Shown: piece by piece, positions 49,038 to 61,785 of the stretch
Numbering within the stretch: the stretch's first letter is position 1
Layout: each line of letters starts with the position of its first letter
Origin: Octopus vulgaris
Lineage: Eukaryota
Direction: 5' to 3'
Length of the DNA: 64,000 nucleotides
NCBI GenBank assembly: GCA_951406725.2
Contig: OX597824.1
Span: 30,132,001-30,196,000, forward strand
Translations under genes and position numbers: made by a program
The notes under the pieces: model-generated
Databases searched by the model: none
Seen by the model: the letters and a program-made list of their open reading frames with translations, nothing else
What the model was told of the DNA's origin: nothing

Positions 49038-51596
49038 AGCCTATCTTTATCTAGAAATTCCCTGTTAAAAGATTCTTAAGTCAAAGGTTTAACACCTTCC
49101 TATCTGTTGGCTGTGGGCCCCCCACCCTTTGACACTCACACATTTATAGTAAATATGAAATGTGTTTTTTCTGTTTGTTTGTTTGTTTTCTTTTCCTCCC
49201 TTTTCACGCCCTTAATCAATTGGGTTAGTGGGTAGCCAGAGGCAAAAAACTGACACACTTTCCATTGCAAAGTCCTTGATTTTGGAGCAAGAGCTGTGTG
49301 TATGTGAATGTAATTTCTAGTCAAAGGCCTTACTCGACTCTAATAAAGTGGAACAAAATCTTTTTGTATTGGTAAAACCTACTTCTTTGGATGACCCCTA
49401 ATCAAGGAAACTAAAGGAAGTTGTGCCACAAATATGGCCCATGGTCATCATTGTCATCATCATAGTTATTAATGTTCACTTTTGCATGCTGGTTTGAGTT
49501 GAACAAAGTTTATTGAGGCAGATTTTCTATGGCCAGGTGCTCTTCCTGCTACTAAACCTTATTTGTTCCAAAGCAAGGTTATATTGTTCCCATGGCCAGA
49601 CATGTTTTTGTAGACTATGGGAAATGAACGACATTCATTTACAACAATCATATGATGTCAGAACATAGAAATATAAACATACAGTCTCACACAGAGTTTC
49701 GGTTTCCATCTACCCACAAGTTTTGGATTGACCCAAAGCTAGCTATAGTATAAGATGGTTGCCCAATGTGCCACTAAGTGGGACCAAATCCAAGACCATG
49801 TGGTTGGGAAGCAATCTTTTTAACTACACAACTACACATGTGCCTATCAGAATAAATTGCATCAAACTTCTGATAGCTTCGTTTTTTGTATCTGGAATGG
49901 GGTGACATACAATGTTGCTCCCTCACTATGAATAATGGATGTGGGTGACTCAGTGGTGGTGGTACTATTGTTATTAGTGTAGTGGTAGTAGTACCAGATT
50001 CCATCTGGTAACAATGGAATCATTACCAAATGGAATCGATCTTACAACCCTTTGCTTTTACTTTCTACAACCACACCAGTCTACCTTGTGTTGACACTCT
50101 TTTAAATAGACATTCTATTGTTAATTATCAATTTATAAATTGACACAAAACCCACAATTTTAAGGTCTTTCATTCAGTAAACATTACATCATTATAGCCA
50201 GCCTCTCCTCTCCCTCCTTCCCTCCTGGTTTTTTGAGATTTTATATTGATTTTTCAAAGTGATCTTTTCATCTTTCTTTTCTATTCTTTCTCTTCGTTCT
50301 ATTTTGAGAAGTTTATTGCAACACTGTCAAAGGTCTTTTCAAATGAAACCTTTTCTTTTGTATTGAAACGAGTGAACCTACTACTTCAAAAGACAGAAAC
50401 CAGAGGCTAATTCATCAACATTATATTGCTTTATAATTATTTGTTGTCAGTTATTGAAGGTGAATAGGAAGGTGGAGAGCTGGCAGGATCGTTAGCATAC
50501 TGGACAAAATATGCTTAGCGGTATTCATCCAACTTTATGTTCTGAGTTCAAATTCTGCCAAGGTTGACTTTGCCTGTCATCCTTTTAGGTTCAATAAATT
50601 AAGTACCAGTGAGACACTGGGGTTGATGTAATCAACTAGTCCGCTCAGTAGAAAGGGTTATTATTTTTTTTTTTTTTTTCTTCTTTCAAATTTGCTTCCA
50701 TTTCTTGCCGAGTGTCTTCCCGACTCCTAGGGCAAAGAAACTCATAGTATACATTGGTAGGCCATTAAACTAAACGCAATAGTTCGTTAATTTTTTTTTT
50801 TTTTTTTTAGTTAAATTAAAATACATGGGTAGTAATAGTTATTATTATTATCATTATTATTATTATAATAAGGCAGCAAACTGCCAGAATTATTAGCATG
50901 CTGGGGAAAATACTCAGTAGCCTTTCATCCATCCTAACATTCTGGGTTCAAATGCTGTTGAGGTCAATTTGCCTTTTTATTCTTTTGGGAGTTGATGAAA
51001 TAAATACCAGTTGACCACTGAGGTCAATGTAATGGACTAACCCCCACCTCTTCCAAAATCTCAGGCCTTGTTCCTATAGTAGAAAGACTTGTTATTATGA
51101 TTATTTACTTTGCTCCCATTCAGCCTTGGTTTATTTTTCTCTAAGCTTTTTTCTTTCTTTGGTATTCTCGGAATATAAAACTGACAGCACAGGTTCCTTA
51201 TATTTCTTATCTTTTCTTTTTTTTCTTTTTCTTTCTCTCTTTTCTTTGTTTTGTAACTGAAACCAGTTTTCCAGTATTTCACCTTGATAATTTGGGCTAA
51301 TTGCTGTTACTGTTTCATTGGGAATAGTGAGTTGTAAAAGATCTAGCCGGCTGGTTCACAAGTTCAAGAGTTCAAGTCAATCTTTGTTTTAATGAATTGA
51401 ATTATTTCATCAAACAAAGCATATTAATTATTCTAATTACTCCACTTTAACTATCCGTTTCAAGGGATTAGCATATATAACTACTTTTTAAGTAATTTGT
51501 AGTTTTATATATTTATTTATTTGTTTGTGAGTTACAGCTTTGAACATTCTTCTAGCTCACTTCAGGTTTAGAAGAATACTTTAAAGATATCTTGAT

Positions 51597-51925
51597 ATCT
51601 TTATCTTTTCCTTGTTCCAGTCATTGGACAGCACTCATATTGGAGTAGTGACTTAAAGGGTTTAGTTTAAGAAATCAACCCCAGTACTTATTTTTAAATA
51701 CTGGGGTTCATTTCTTACTCTGTCGGCGTCTTTCGTCAGGCTGTTGAGTTATGGAGATATAAACAAACCAACACTGGTTATCAAGTGGGGTGGGGTTTAA
51801 CATGTCACAAACATGCATACACACATATATATAACAAGCTTCCTCACAATTTCTGTCTACCAAATTCACTTGCTCATTAGGCATTGGTCTTCCAGGGCTA
51901 TTGTAGAAGACACTTGCCCAAGAAG
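51597..51925 (-). mobile_element. SINE family A
   Basis: Reverse complement of family A, diverged. Confidence 0.72.
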
Positions 51926-51946
51926 TCATGATATTTGTTCCAAATT

Positions 51947-52165
51947 AGGGCGGCAAGCTGGCAGAATCGTTAGCACGCTGGGCGAAATGCGTAGCTGTAT
52001 TTCGTCTGCCATTGCATTCTGAGTTCAAATTCCACCAAGGTCGACTTTGCCTTTCATCCTTTCGAGGTCGATAAATTAAGTACCTGTTACGCACTGGGGT
52101 TGATGTAATCGACTTAATCCGTTTGTCCCCTCTGTGTTTAGCCCCTTGTGGGTAGTAAAGAAATA
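51947..52165 (+). mobile_element. SINE family B, full length with TSD
   Basis: Flanking direct repeat GATATTTGTTCCAA at 51930-51943 and 52166-52179. Confidence 0.9.
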
Positions 52166-52307
52166 GATATTTGTTCCAACTCTTTACATTCTGAGTTCCA
52201 ATCCTACCAAAGTTAACTTTGCCACTCATCCTGCCCAGGCCGGAAAAGATAATGTACCAGTCAACTAGAGGAGGACTGTTAATTTAATTGGGTGTTTCTC
52301 TCATTAA

Positions 52308-52529
52308 CACTTTAGCATTCAGATTACTGTCAGAAGTAATGCTTATTTATTTACTTTCATTCTTTTGAGTTAATCATGAATTATCTCATAGCTTTGAGAT
52401 TTTGATGATGTGATTGCTTATTTTTAGAATGACATTATATGGTATGAGTGGAAGGCCAGAGCTAACCAATTCCAACATAAAACAGGTAGAATATTTAGTT
52501 TGGGTATGACTGGTTTAAATGCTAAAGAG
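52308..52529 (-). mobile_element. piggyBac-type MITE family 1
   Basis: TTAA|CACTTTAGCATT ... AATGCTAAAGAG|TTAA. Confidence 0.82.
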
Positions 52530-52567
52530 TTAAGTTTCTGGCCTTTGTTATATATTAAGCGCTGGTG

Positions 52568-52930
52568 GTGCTGTGTGGTAAGAAGCTTGCTTCCCAATCA
52601 CATGGTTCCAGGTTCAGTCCCATTGTGTGGCATCTTGGGCAGGTGTCTTCTACTATAGACTCTGGCTAACCAAAACCTGTGAGTGGATTTGTTTGACAGA
52701 AACTGAAAGAAGCCCGTCACATATATATATATATACATTTTTATATTTGTGTGTGTGTCTTTGTGTCTCTGTTCCCCACCACCACTTGACAACTGGTGTT
52801 GGTGTGTTTACTTAGTGGTTCGGCAAATGAGACGGATAGAATAAGTACTAGGCTTTAAAAAAACAAGTCCTGAAGGTGGTGCTCCAGCATGACCACAGTC
52901 AAATGAGTGAAATAAGTAAAAGAATAAAAG
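52568..52930 (+). mobile_element. SINE family A
   Basis: Head, core and tail. Confidence 0.85.
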
Positions 52931-54787
52931 GATTAATATTGTTATTACTAGGGCAATGCAGAAAACAGTGAAATTTTGGAGATCTGGTCCAGGAAAAAGT
53001 ATTTTGTTTGCAATGGTTTTCATGAAATTCTTTTTAAAATATTTTACCATTAACTGCAGACTCTGAAGATTTAGTTTGTTGATTTTTCTTAATCTAAACT
53101 GAAAATAGTCTAATTTACCAAAATACTTAATTCTATCATCATTATCAGTTGACCTGGTATCTCAGAGATTGCTTTCTCTACTGGCATTCACATTTGCTTA
53201 TTTTTTTTTTTATAAATTCTGTTTCTCTTTTTTCTTTTAGTGTTTTTTTTTTTCTATTTTTCTTTTTTGCATTGGACTCCATATTCCCAGTCTTTGGCCA
53301 TGATTGTAAAACCAGATTATCTCCAGTTGCCTCTGTTTCATTCACTGGCAATTAGTACCGAGAAGTTAGTTCCCAAATGTGTCAGTGTGAGTGAGTGTGT
53401 GTGTACATAAGCTCCATCTAACCATCTGTGGAGGCTTCTCATCAGAGTGCTGCTGCTCGTCAATGCCTTTACCATCGGCAGAAAACTAAGCCTAAAACAA
53501 ACAAGTCAGCCAGCTAAATTAACTCTGCAGTTTTCAGAGGTTGGATTGACTTAAAACACTTCTACAAATATTGCACTTGCCTTGCCGACAGAGTGGTATT
53601 TTCATCACTGCTTCTTTGGCCCAGAATTTCTCTACTATTCCTTACATCCACTCCTTGAGTTCTGTGTTTATTTTACACGACATCACATAATATCACTAAT
53701 GGCCTTCTGGTGGCAGGGTGAGCTGCTGCTATTCGCATTCTTTCTTTCTCTCTTTCTTTCATTCATTCTGTTATGTTTGCTCGCATAAAAAAAAAAAAAA
53801 AAAGAAATCAGAAAGAAAAAGGAGGAAAACCCAAAAAACCAACATAATTAGTGCCTTGGTACAATATACTTTTGTTTTTGTATCCTTCTAAATTGGACCC
53901 AATTCATTTACCTTCTGTGGTTCTTGAAGTGTTTTCCAAACTGTTGTTTATTTGTTTTTTTTTTCTTCTTTGTGGTAGATGTGGGTGGATCTACCCCCTT
54001 AAATAATGAGCAAAACTCATTCATCTAGAACATTCTGTTTTTATCTACTTATCTTCTAGTTCTATATTATTTTTGTCTTTTTGGTTGCAACAATATATAT
54101 ATATATATATATACATATATATATACATATATATGTAGGTATATATATATATACACACACATGCGTGCACTCGCATATGTATGTGTGTATACACACGCAC
54201 ACACATGTGTGTTTTGGGAGGGTTTTGGATGGAGTTGTGGGGGTGTTTTTGGTGGGAAGGAAATATTATTATTATTAGTATTTATTTGTGATTTTTATAA
54301 CAAATGCTTCATGAAAGAAACCAGTGTGCATCTTGTTTAAACCCCTAATCTGTTAGAAAACTTAAATATCAAGTGAAACTGAAGTTGTTCAAGGTTCCCT
54401 TCTCCCCCTGCTGTCTTGTAGTTAGTTATAATAGATGGGGGGAGGGGGCTTTAACTCTCTCATTTGCAGCTGCCTTCACAAGATGTTCTCAGTTCGTGCC
54501 ACAAATCACTAATAACTGACCGATACTAACGAAAATAAATAGATACTAACATCTCATACGTAGTGAAATATCTTTCCGAAATCTCCAAAGCAGTGGCTCT
54601 CTGTATCTTTGACTTCAAATTGCATTGAAGATCAAGGAAGAAAGAAATAATTACTGGTACCCTTTGTGTGGAAAGTTAAAGTTACTGATGCGTTTTGTAT
54701 GAGAAATTTTAAAAGGCTATATTTTAACATTAAATGTTTGTATTAAAAAAAAAAAAAAACTAAATAGAAACTGAGCACAGATCTGAC

Positions 54788-55540
54788 CTTGTGGTAAGAA
54801 GTTTGCTTCCCAATATCATTGTTCTGGGTTCAGTCCCACTGTAATTCACTTTGGGCAAATGTCTTCTTATAGCCTCAGACCGACCAAAGCTTTGTGAGTG
54901 GATTTGATAGATGAAAACTAAAGAAGTCCATTGTATTTGTGTGTGTGTGTGTGTGCATGCACACACACACATTCATTCATACTCATTTTGTACCACAAAT
55001 CACACATTCATTCATTCATTTACATGTGTGTGTCTTTTGTGTCTGTGTTCTCCCCCACTACCACAATCGCTTGACAACGTTAGTGTGTCTACATCTTTGT
55101 AATTTACCAGTGCCGCAAAATAGACCAATACAATAAGTACCAAGCTTTCAAAAATAAGTGCTGTGATCAATTCAATCAATGAAAATTTCTTGAATGCATT
55201 GCCCCAGCATGGTAGCAGTCTAATGATTGAAACAAGTAAACGATAAAAGTTAAAGCCTTGTGAGTAGATTTGGTTGACAGAAACTGAAAGGAGCCTGTCA
55301 TGTACATATATGTATATATCTATGTGTGCGTGTCTTTGTGTCTATGTTTGTCCCCCACCATTGTTTGACAACTGGTGTTGGTGTGTTTATATCCCCATAA
55401 CTTAATGGTTCAGCAGAAGAAACCAACAGAAAAAGTACCAGGCTTTAAGTTTTGGGGTCAATTTTTTTCAAATAAAAACCCTTCAAGTTGGTGCCCCAGC
55501 ATGAACACAATCAAAAATGACTGAAACAAGTAAAAAAAAT
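54788..55540 (+). mobile_element. Two tandem SINE family A copies
   Basis: 54788-55250 near full length; 55252-55540 5'-truncated. Confidence 0.8.
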
Positions 55541-56060
55541 AACATACATGCTTACACACAGCCTTAGTTTTCATTCTTTATAGTGGACACTTGTTAAAGT
55601 GATTGTAGTGGGTGCTTTAAAACTTTTCACCTATTGTCAAAAACAGTGATAGAAGGATTAAACCAAGTCTCTTTAATGCTTTTTTTTTTTTTTTAACTTG
55701 AAGAAACTACTCCTGGGAAAGTTGTTATATTAATATTTTCCTGCCTGTTCTGGCTTGAACCAAGCTAACACTTATCCATCTGTTTTCACTGTAAACCAGT
55801 TAACAATTTCTGTTGGGATTTCTTTCCATTCTTGTACAAACACGGTGCTTCAAAACCAATTTCATTCTTCACTTTTTGTTCTCTTCTTTTAACACTCCCC
55901 AAGTCCTTATTGCAGAATTGAGCGATACTCTAGTTATATTCATCTCACACATACACCATACTCTATGGTGTCGGAGTAACCAGCCGTTCTACTCAAAACT
56001 ATAATTTCTGCATGTCCAAAATTATGCCTTTTTTTTTAATAATAAACCTTCAGACTTTAA

Positions 56061-56279
56061 CCCTTTAGCATTCAGATTTCTCTGTCAAATGTAATGCTTA
56101 TTTATTCACGTTGATAAAAGTTAATCATGCATTACCTTGTAGCTTTGAGATTTATCAATGATGTGATTGTTTATTTTTAGAATAATATTCTAGGGTAAGT
56201 GTGAGAGGCCAGACCTTGCCAGTTTAAGGATAAAACAGGTAAATTATGGCCAGAAATGGCCAGTTTAAATGCTGAAGGG
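56061..56279 (-). mobile_element. piggyBac-type MITE family 1
   Basis: TTAA|CCCTTTAGCATT ... AATGCTGAAGGG|TTAA. Confidence 0.88.
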
Positions 56280-56319
56280 TTAAGGAATGTCTTCACTGAA
56301 ATATGTGTGTAAGAATGTG

Positions 56320-56597
56320 TGCTGGTGCCACATAAAAAGCATCAAGTCCACACTGAAGTGGTTGGCATTTGGAAGAACATCCAGCTGTAAAAACCTTGCC
56401 AAAACTGACCTCACTTGTGCTGGTGCCACATAAAAATCACTCGGTCCGCTCTATGGGGTTGTTGGTGTTAGGAAGGGTATCCTACCGTAAAAAAACCATT
56501 CCAAAACAGACAGTAATTTGGTGTAGTCTTCTACCTCTGTCAAGCCATCCAACCCATGCCAGCATGGACGGGGGATGTTAAATGATGATGATGATGA
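56320..56597 (+). mobile_element. Retroposon family D
   Basis: Internally duplicated GTGCTGGTGCCACATAAAAA unit and (GAT)n tail. Confidence 0.78.
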
Positions 56598-56689
56598 ATG
56601 CCATCACTGAAACATGCTGCTGTATGTGTATATATGATCATCTATTTCTTGTTAATGATTTCACTCATTAACCCTGGTTGTTTGCTTAA

Positions 56690-56907
56690 CCCTGTAGCAT
56701 TTAAACTGGCCATATTCAGCCCAAATATTCTACCTGTTTTATGTTCAAAATGACCAGATCCTGCCTCACACACTTAATCATAAAATGTCACTCCAAACAT
56801 AAACGGTCACATCATCAGAATATTTAATCTGTGAGATAATGCATTGTTTTATTCAAAACAATGTGAATAAGCATTGCATTTGGCAGAGTAATCTGAATGC
56901 AAAAGGA
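56690..56907 (+). mobile_element. piggyBac-type MITE family 1
   Basis: TTAA|CCCTGTAGCATTT start; homologous to 1875-2095. Confidence 0.8.
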
Positions 56908-57389
56908 TTAGTACAGAGTTTCTTGAACATTTTACTTTTTGTAAAAAAAATAAAAAAGGTTTTTCACTTCAACCCCAAAACAAATTAATCAAATATCAGA
57001 CTAATTAAACATGTAATTAACCAGTGTTTAATACAATTGAGAGGAGAAAAGAATCAGTCAAATATAAATACAAATGCACCTTTTAATGCATGGATTATTT
57101 TTCAATGGGAAGGATGGGTTAAGTGGTCCGTGGAGATGATCATGAATATTGGGTTGCAAGCTTGTGAGTTTGAGCCACAAATCATCCTGTTCTACTTTTA
57201 AAGCCCTTCTCTGTTTGCTTAGTAAATAATGCACATGGTTACACCCTGATTACACCATATATGAAGTTGGAAAAGCCAGTAAAATGAGCACAACTGTTGC
57301 ATGAAGCTTGGGATATTTTGCAACAGTTTTTTTTTTTTTTTGTTTTTCCGTTTTTGATCAGCCAGTCATATCTAATCACTTTAAATGTG

Positions 57390-57700
57390 AAGGTATGTGG
57401 CTTAGTGGTTAGGGTGTTCAGTTCATGGTGGTAAGGTTGCGAGTTCAATTGTAGGTAACGTGTTGTGTTCTTGAGCAAGACACTTTATTTGATGTTGCTC
57501 CAGTCTACTCAACTGGCAAAAATGAGTAGTACCTGTATTTCAAAATGCTGGCCTTGTCACATTCTGTGTCACACTGAATCTCCCTGAGAACTACATCAAG
57601 GGTACATGTACCTGTGAAGTGCTCATTTCATTTCCTGAGCAGGCTGTTCCATTGATCAGATCAACTGGAACCCTTGTCATCACAACTGACAGAATGCCAG
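57390..57700 (+). mobile_element. SINE family C, full length
   Basis: TGGCTTAGTGGTTAGGG A-box, GAGTTCAATT B-box, TTGTGTTCTTGAGCAAGACACTTTA core. Confidence 0.88.
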
Positions 57701-57924
57701 TTTTTAGTCCCTTTATTTGTGAACATGGACTTCAAGACTGAATCTCATTTCAGTAAAATTTTTTCTGGCATAAAGGGATTTAAAAATGCAAGCTTTTAAA
57801 TCAATCCCACTCTTGTTAGACCCCTAAGCTTTATTCACCCCCCACACACACACACACATACACAGGTGTCTATATAGGCCACTGAGAATCTCTGGTCAAA
57901 TACACATTTTCTTAAACTCTTCAC

Positions 57925-58470
57925 TCCCTGCAGAGTATGGGCCATCAACAACTTCTCCACTGTCTTCCTCTTTTTCTCTTCAGTTGAATCCCTGCTTTTA
58001 CAGCTCTGCTTCAGTATTCTGCCTCTGGTTACTTTTAGCAGTTCTTCTCTGTTGTTTTCCTTGTGGTTTCCAAGTCAGAGCCATTGGCACCTACTTCCCA
58101 CCCCCTCCGATATTTTTTTTTCACAGTTCATTCTCCTTGTAGTAAGAAGGAGAGATAGCCTTGCAGCTCCCTTTCAGATTTTACTGCACCATGTTTTCCT
58201 GAAGGAAGGCCTTCCAATCCCTGGTTTTATTGGTTTTGAATTGTCACCAATGTTGCTGTAACTTTGCCGTTTTTCTTGGTAGGGGTGTTGGCCCTTACAC
58301 AAGGCCATTTTTGCTTCTGGGGAAAGGAGTAATCCATATTATTCTGGCCTCTATCTTTTGACTTGTCCAATAAAGGAGGCTCCACCAGGATCTTGCTCTC
58401 CGCTGGCAAAGATCTGAGAGTCATTGAGACACACAAGCCACCTATTGCAAATACCACAAGGTATTTTGGC
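57925..58470 (-). mobile_element. RTE-derived element (5' UTR-like part joined to ORF 3' end)
   Basis: Minus-strand ALTWKPQGKQQR (RTE ALxWxPxGKRxRGRP motif) at about 58050-58085, plus an RTE-5'-UTR-like block at about 58330-58470. Confidence 0.55.
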
Positions 58471-58871
58471 ACAGTATTTCATTGATTCAGCCACCACCAC
58501 CCCCTGATATATTCACATCTCTTCATGCAGTTTCTCACTAAATATATGAATATATATATCTCACTAAATAAATATGTCGTAGCAAAAAATTGGAAGGGAA
58601 CAATGTCTATCATCGACTTTAACAAGAAATATACTCCCACACATGTATTGAGTACTTTTGTTCCTGATAGCATAACCAAATGTGTACCTTGACAGTGTGT
58701 TGTGTGTATTCATCTCTTCTGCATCATATTTTTTTTATGTTTACTTTTCCATGCTGGCACGGATAGGTTAGACAAGTCTATTTCAACATAATGGCATTCC
58801 ATTTGTCATAGCCTCCTGTCACCTCCTTTGTGAAACTCAGCATACATGTGTGTGTATTTGTGTATGCAGTT

Positions 58872-59096
58872 ATATATTTCTTTATTGCCTACAAGGAGCT
58901 AAACATAGAGGGGACAAACAAAGGAATTAAGTCGATTACATCGACCCCAGTGCGAAATTGGTACTTTATTTATCGCCCCCGAAAGGATGAAAGGCAAAGT
59001 CGACCTCAGCGGAATTTGGACTCAGAACATAATGACAGACAAAATACGGCTATGCATTTCGCCTGGCTTGCTAACGTTTCTGCCAGCTTGCCGCCC
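58872..59096 (-). mobile_element. SINE family B, full length
   Basis: Reverse complement of 51947-52165. Confidence 0.88.
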
Positions 59097-60934
59097 TTTT
59101 GTATGCATATATATGGGCAGTTTCAGGTTCAGTCCCACCCATTGGTTCATTGGACATGTGTTTTCTGCTTAGCCCCAAGATGACCAAATCCTTGTGAGTA
59201 GTTTGGTTTGATGGAAGCTGAAAGAAGCCCTTTTGTATGTGTGTGTGTTTCTTTGACTTGGTATCATGCAATAGTTGTAAATAAGCACCACTGTCACCCA
59301 AGCATTGTCCTTTGTTTCTAATCTTCCATGAAAACTTGTATGGCCATAGCAAAATATTACCTTGCTTGGGAACAGGCGAGGGTTGATGACTGGAAGAGCA
59401 TCCAGCTGTAGGAAACATGTCTCATCAAATTTCATTTGACCCTTGCAAGCATGGAAAAGTGGATGTTAAAACAATGATTGTGTGTGTGTATGTACACATA
59501 TGTACAATGCATGTCTACACACACACACACACACATACACACACACACACACACACCAAGTTGTATACACATATGCCCTATGTTTATCTGACTGGATATT
59601 TGAAATAGTGTAGATATTTTTTTTCCTTTAATTTCTGCCATTATTTGTGTGTTCATTTTGTTTTTCGCTAGTCCTCCATTATATTGGAAAACATCTGTCT
59701 ACTGTGTTGGCTTGGCAGGCATTTTGTCAAAGTGTGAATATGTCCATCACATTGCCTGTTTTCTCTAATAATAGTGTCATTCATCACTTAGAGGCAACAC
59801 TCAAGTGGAAGATGTTGGCAGGTCATACTGTGGATAGCTCTCTGTCTCTCTCTCTCTTCCTCTCTCTCTCTAGTTGTTACTGTCACTGCTGTTGCTTAGC
59901 TATTCTTTTTCTGTTGGTCTGTGTTAGATATAGATAAGATAATCAGAGAGATATAGATAAATAGATAGAAAGATAATGTTTAGTTTGAAAGATAGATAGA
60001 TAGATAGATAGATAAAGATAGGTTGGGAGATAAATATCTATAAAGACAGACAGCCCCCACCCCGGATGGCTGGATAGATGGGTGGGTGGGTAGATAGATA
60101 AAGTACCTTTGCTGCTACTACTACTACTGCTACAGAGATTTTGTGTAACAATTTAGTGATGAGAGGGGAAAGGAAATTGAGATCCAGAGCCATGGAGAGT
60201 GGGGGGGGGGGATTGAGGCTGGGGGACAGGTTGTCAGGTTGGTAGCTGTAAAGACAAATTGGCTTAGTGTTAAGTTGTTGATAGCCCATGCGGAGGAGTA
60301 GCGGTGGTGGTGGTGGTGGTGGTAGTAATGATTGCCTTGTCCAGTGATCAAATGGAAAGAAGATAAAGATATTAGGGAAAAGTAAATTGGTGCAGGCAAT
60401 GGTAGCAGCAGCGGCGGTGGTGGTGGTGTGGTGCATCCAGAAGTTTTTGGCGGGTAGTGGGGCAGGGGTAGGGACGTAGAAGGAAGTTAATACTAATTTC
60501 AAACCTGATTGGTTTCCTTTTAATTGAAACATACTAGGTATGTCTTCTTGCATCTCTCTAACCAGCTGCCTCCTGTTTGTCACCTTGTTTAAAAAAAAAC
60601 CAAAGTTTTTCACCCAACCTCCCACTCACCCATTCATTCCGCCCACCCCACCACTCTCATTTTACTTGCATTTCTTTTGTTGGTTCTTTTTTCGGTTTTT
60701 TTTTTGGTTTTTTTTTTTGTATTGTTTTAAGTTTTTTGGCAGTCTAACTAACTCCGGGAACTGTTTACTGCAGAACACCTGCTTTACAATATTGGCAGCT
60801 ACGTCATGTTATTTATTTATTTCTTGTTTTCCATGGGTCTGGGGTTTTTTTTTTTGTCTTTTTTTGTTCGAGTTTTGTTATCCCTTTTTCCTTTCTCTGA
60901 TCCCTCACCGATAACTCCCCACTCCCTCAGGACC

Positions 60935-61785
60935 AAATGCCTTGCTGTATTTGTTCTGGCTCTTGACATTCTGAGTTCAAATCCTGTTGAGATCAACTTG
61001 GGGTTCAGTAAAATGAAATACCTGTTCAAGTATTGGAGTTGATTCAGTTGTCTAACTCCTTCTGCTTAGTGATTTGGTTATTATTATTATTATTATTATT
61101 TGTTAGCACGCAGGACGAAATGCTTAGCGGTATTTCGTCTGTCTTTAAAAAAAGAGCGGTGAGCTCGCAGAATCGTTAACACGCTGGGTGAAATGTGTAG
61201 CCGTGTTTCGTCTTGTGAGCTCAAATTCCGCCGAGGTCGACTTTGCCTTTCATCCTTTCGGGGTCGATAAATTAAGTACCAGTTACTCACTGGGGTCGAT
61301 GTAATCGACTTAATACCTATGTCTGTCCTTGTTTGTCCCCACTATGTTTAGCCCCTTGTGGGTAGTAAAGAAATAAGTTTTTCGCCCATTGCTATGTTCG
61401 AGTTCAAATTCTGCCAAGATTGACTTTGCTTTTCATCCCTTCAGGGCCTATAAAATAGGTACCAGTTGAATACTGAGGTCAATGAAACCGACTAATCCCT
61501 TCCCTGAAAATTGCAGCCGTTGTGACAAAATTTGATACCACTATTACTATGATTATGTAGGTGGCAAGCTGGCAGAGTCGTTAGCACAGCAGGCAAAATG
61601 CTTAGTGGTATTTCACCCATCATTATGTTCTGAGTTCAAATTCTGCCGAGGTCAACTTTGCTTTCCATCTTTTCAGGGTCAATAAAATAAGTACCAGTTA
61701 CATACTGGGGTCAATGTAATCAACTAGCCCCCCTCCCCCCCAAAAAAAAAATTTCAGGATTTGTGCCTATTGTAGACAGGATTAT
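60935..61785 (+). mobile_element. Cluster of 4-5 tandem or nested SINE family B copies
   Basis: Repeated GAGTTCAAATTC / TTTCATCC / AGTACCAGTT modules separated by (TTA)n; youngest copy at about 61153-61378. Confidence 0.85.

Noticed and set aside
53538-53590. miR-92-like TATTGCACTTG with an upstream AGGTTGG
   Set aside because: The putative 5p arm does not pair with the 3p arm and the 3' half departs from miR-92; the bases fit other local stems better.
57390-57460. tRNA gene
   Set aside because: The A/B boxes are the head of a family C SINE; there is no complete cloverleaf. The same applies to all family A and B heads.
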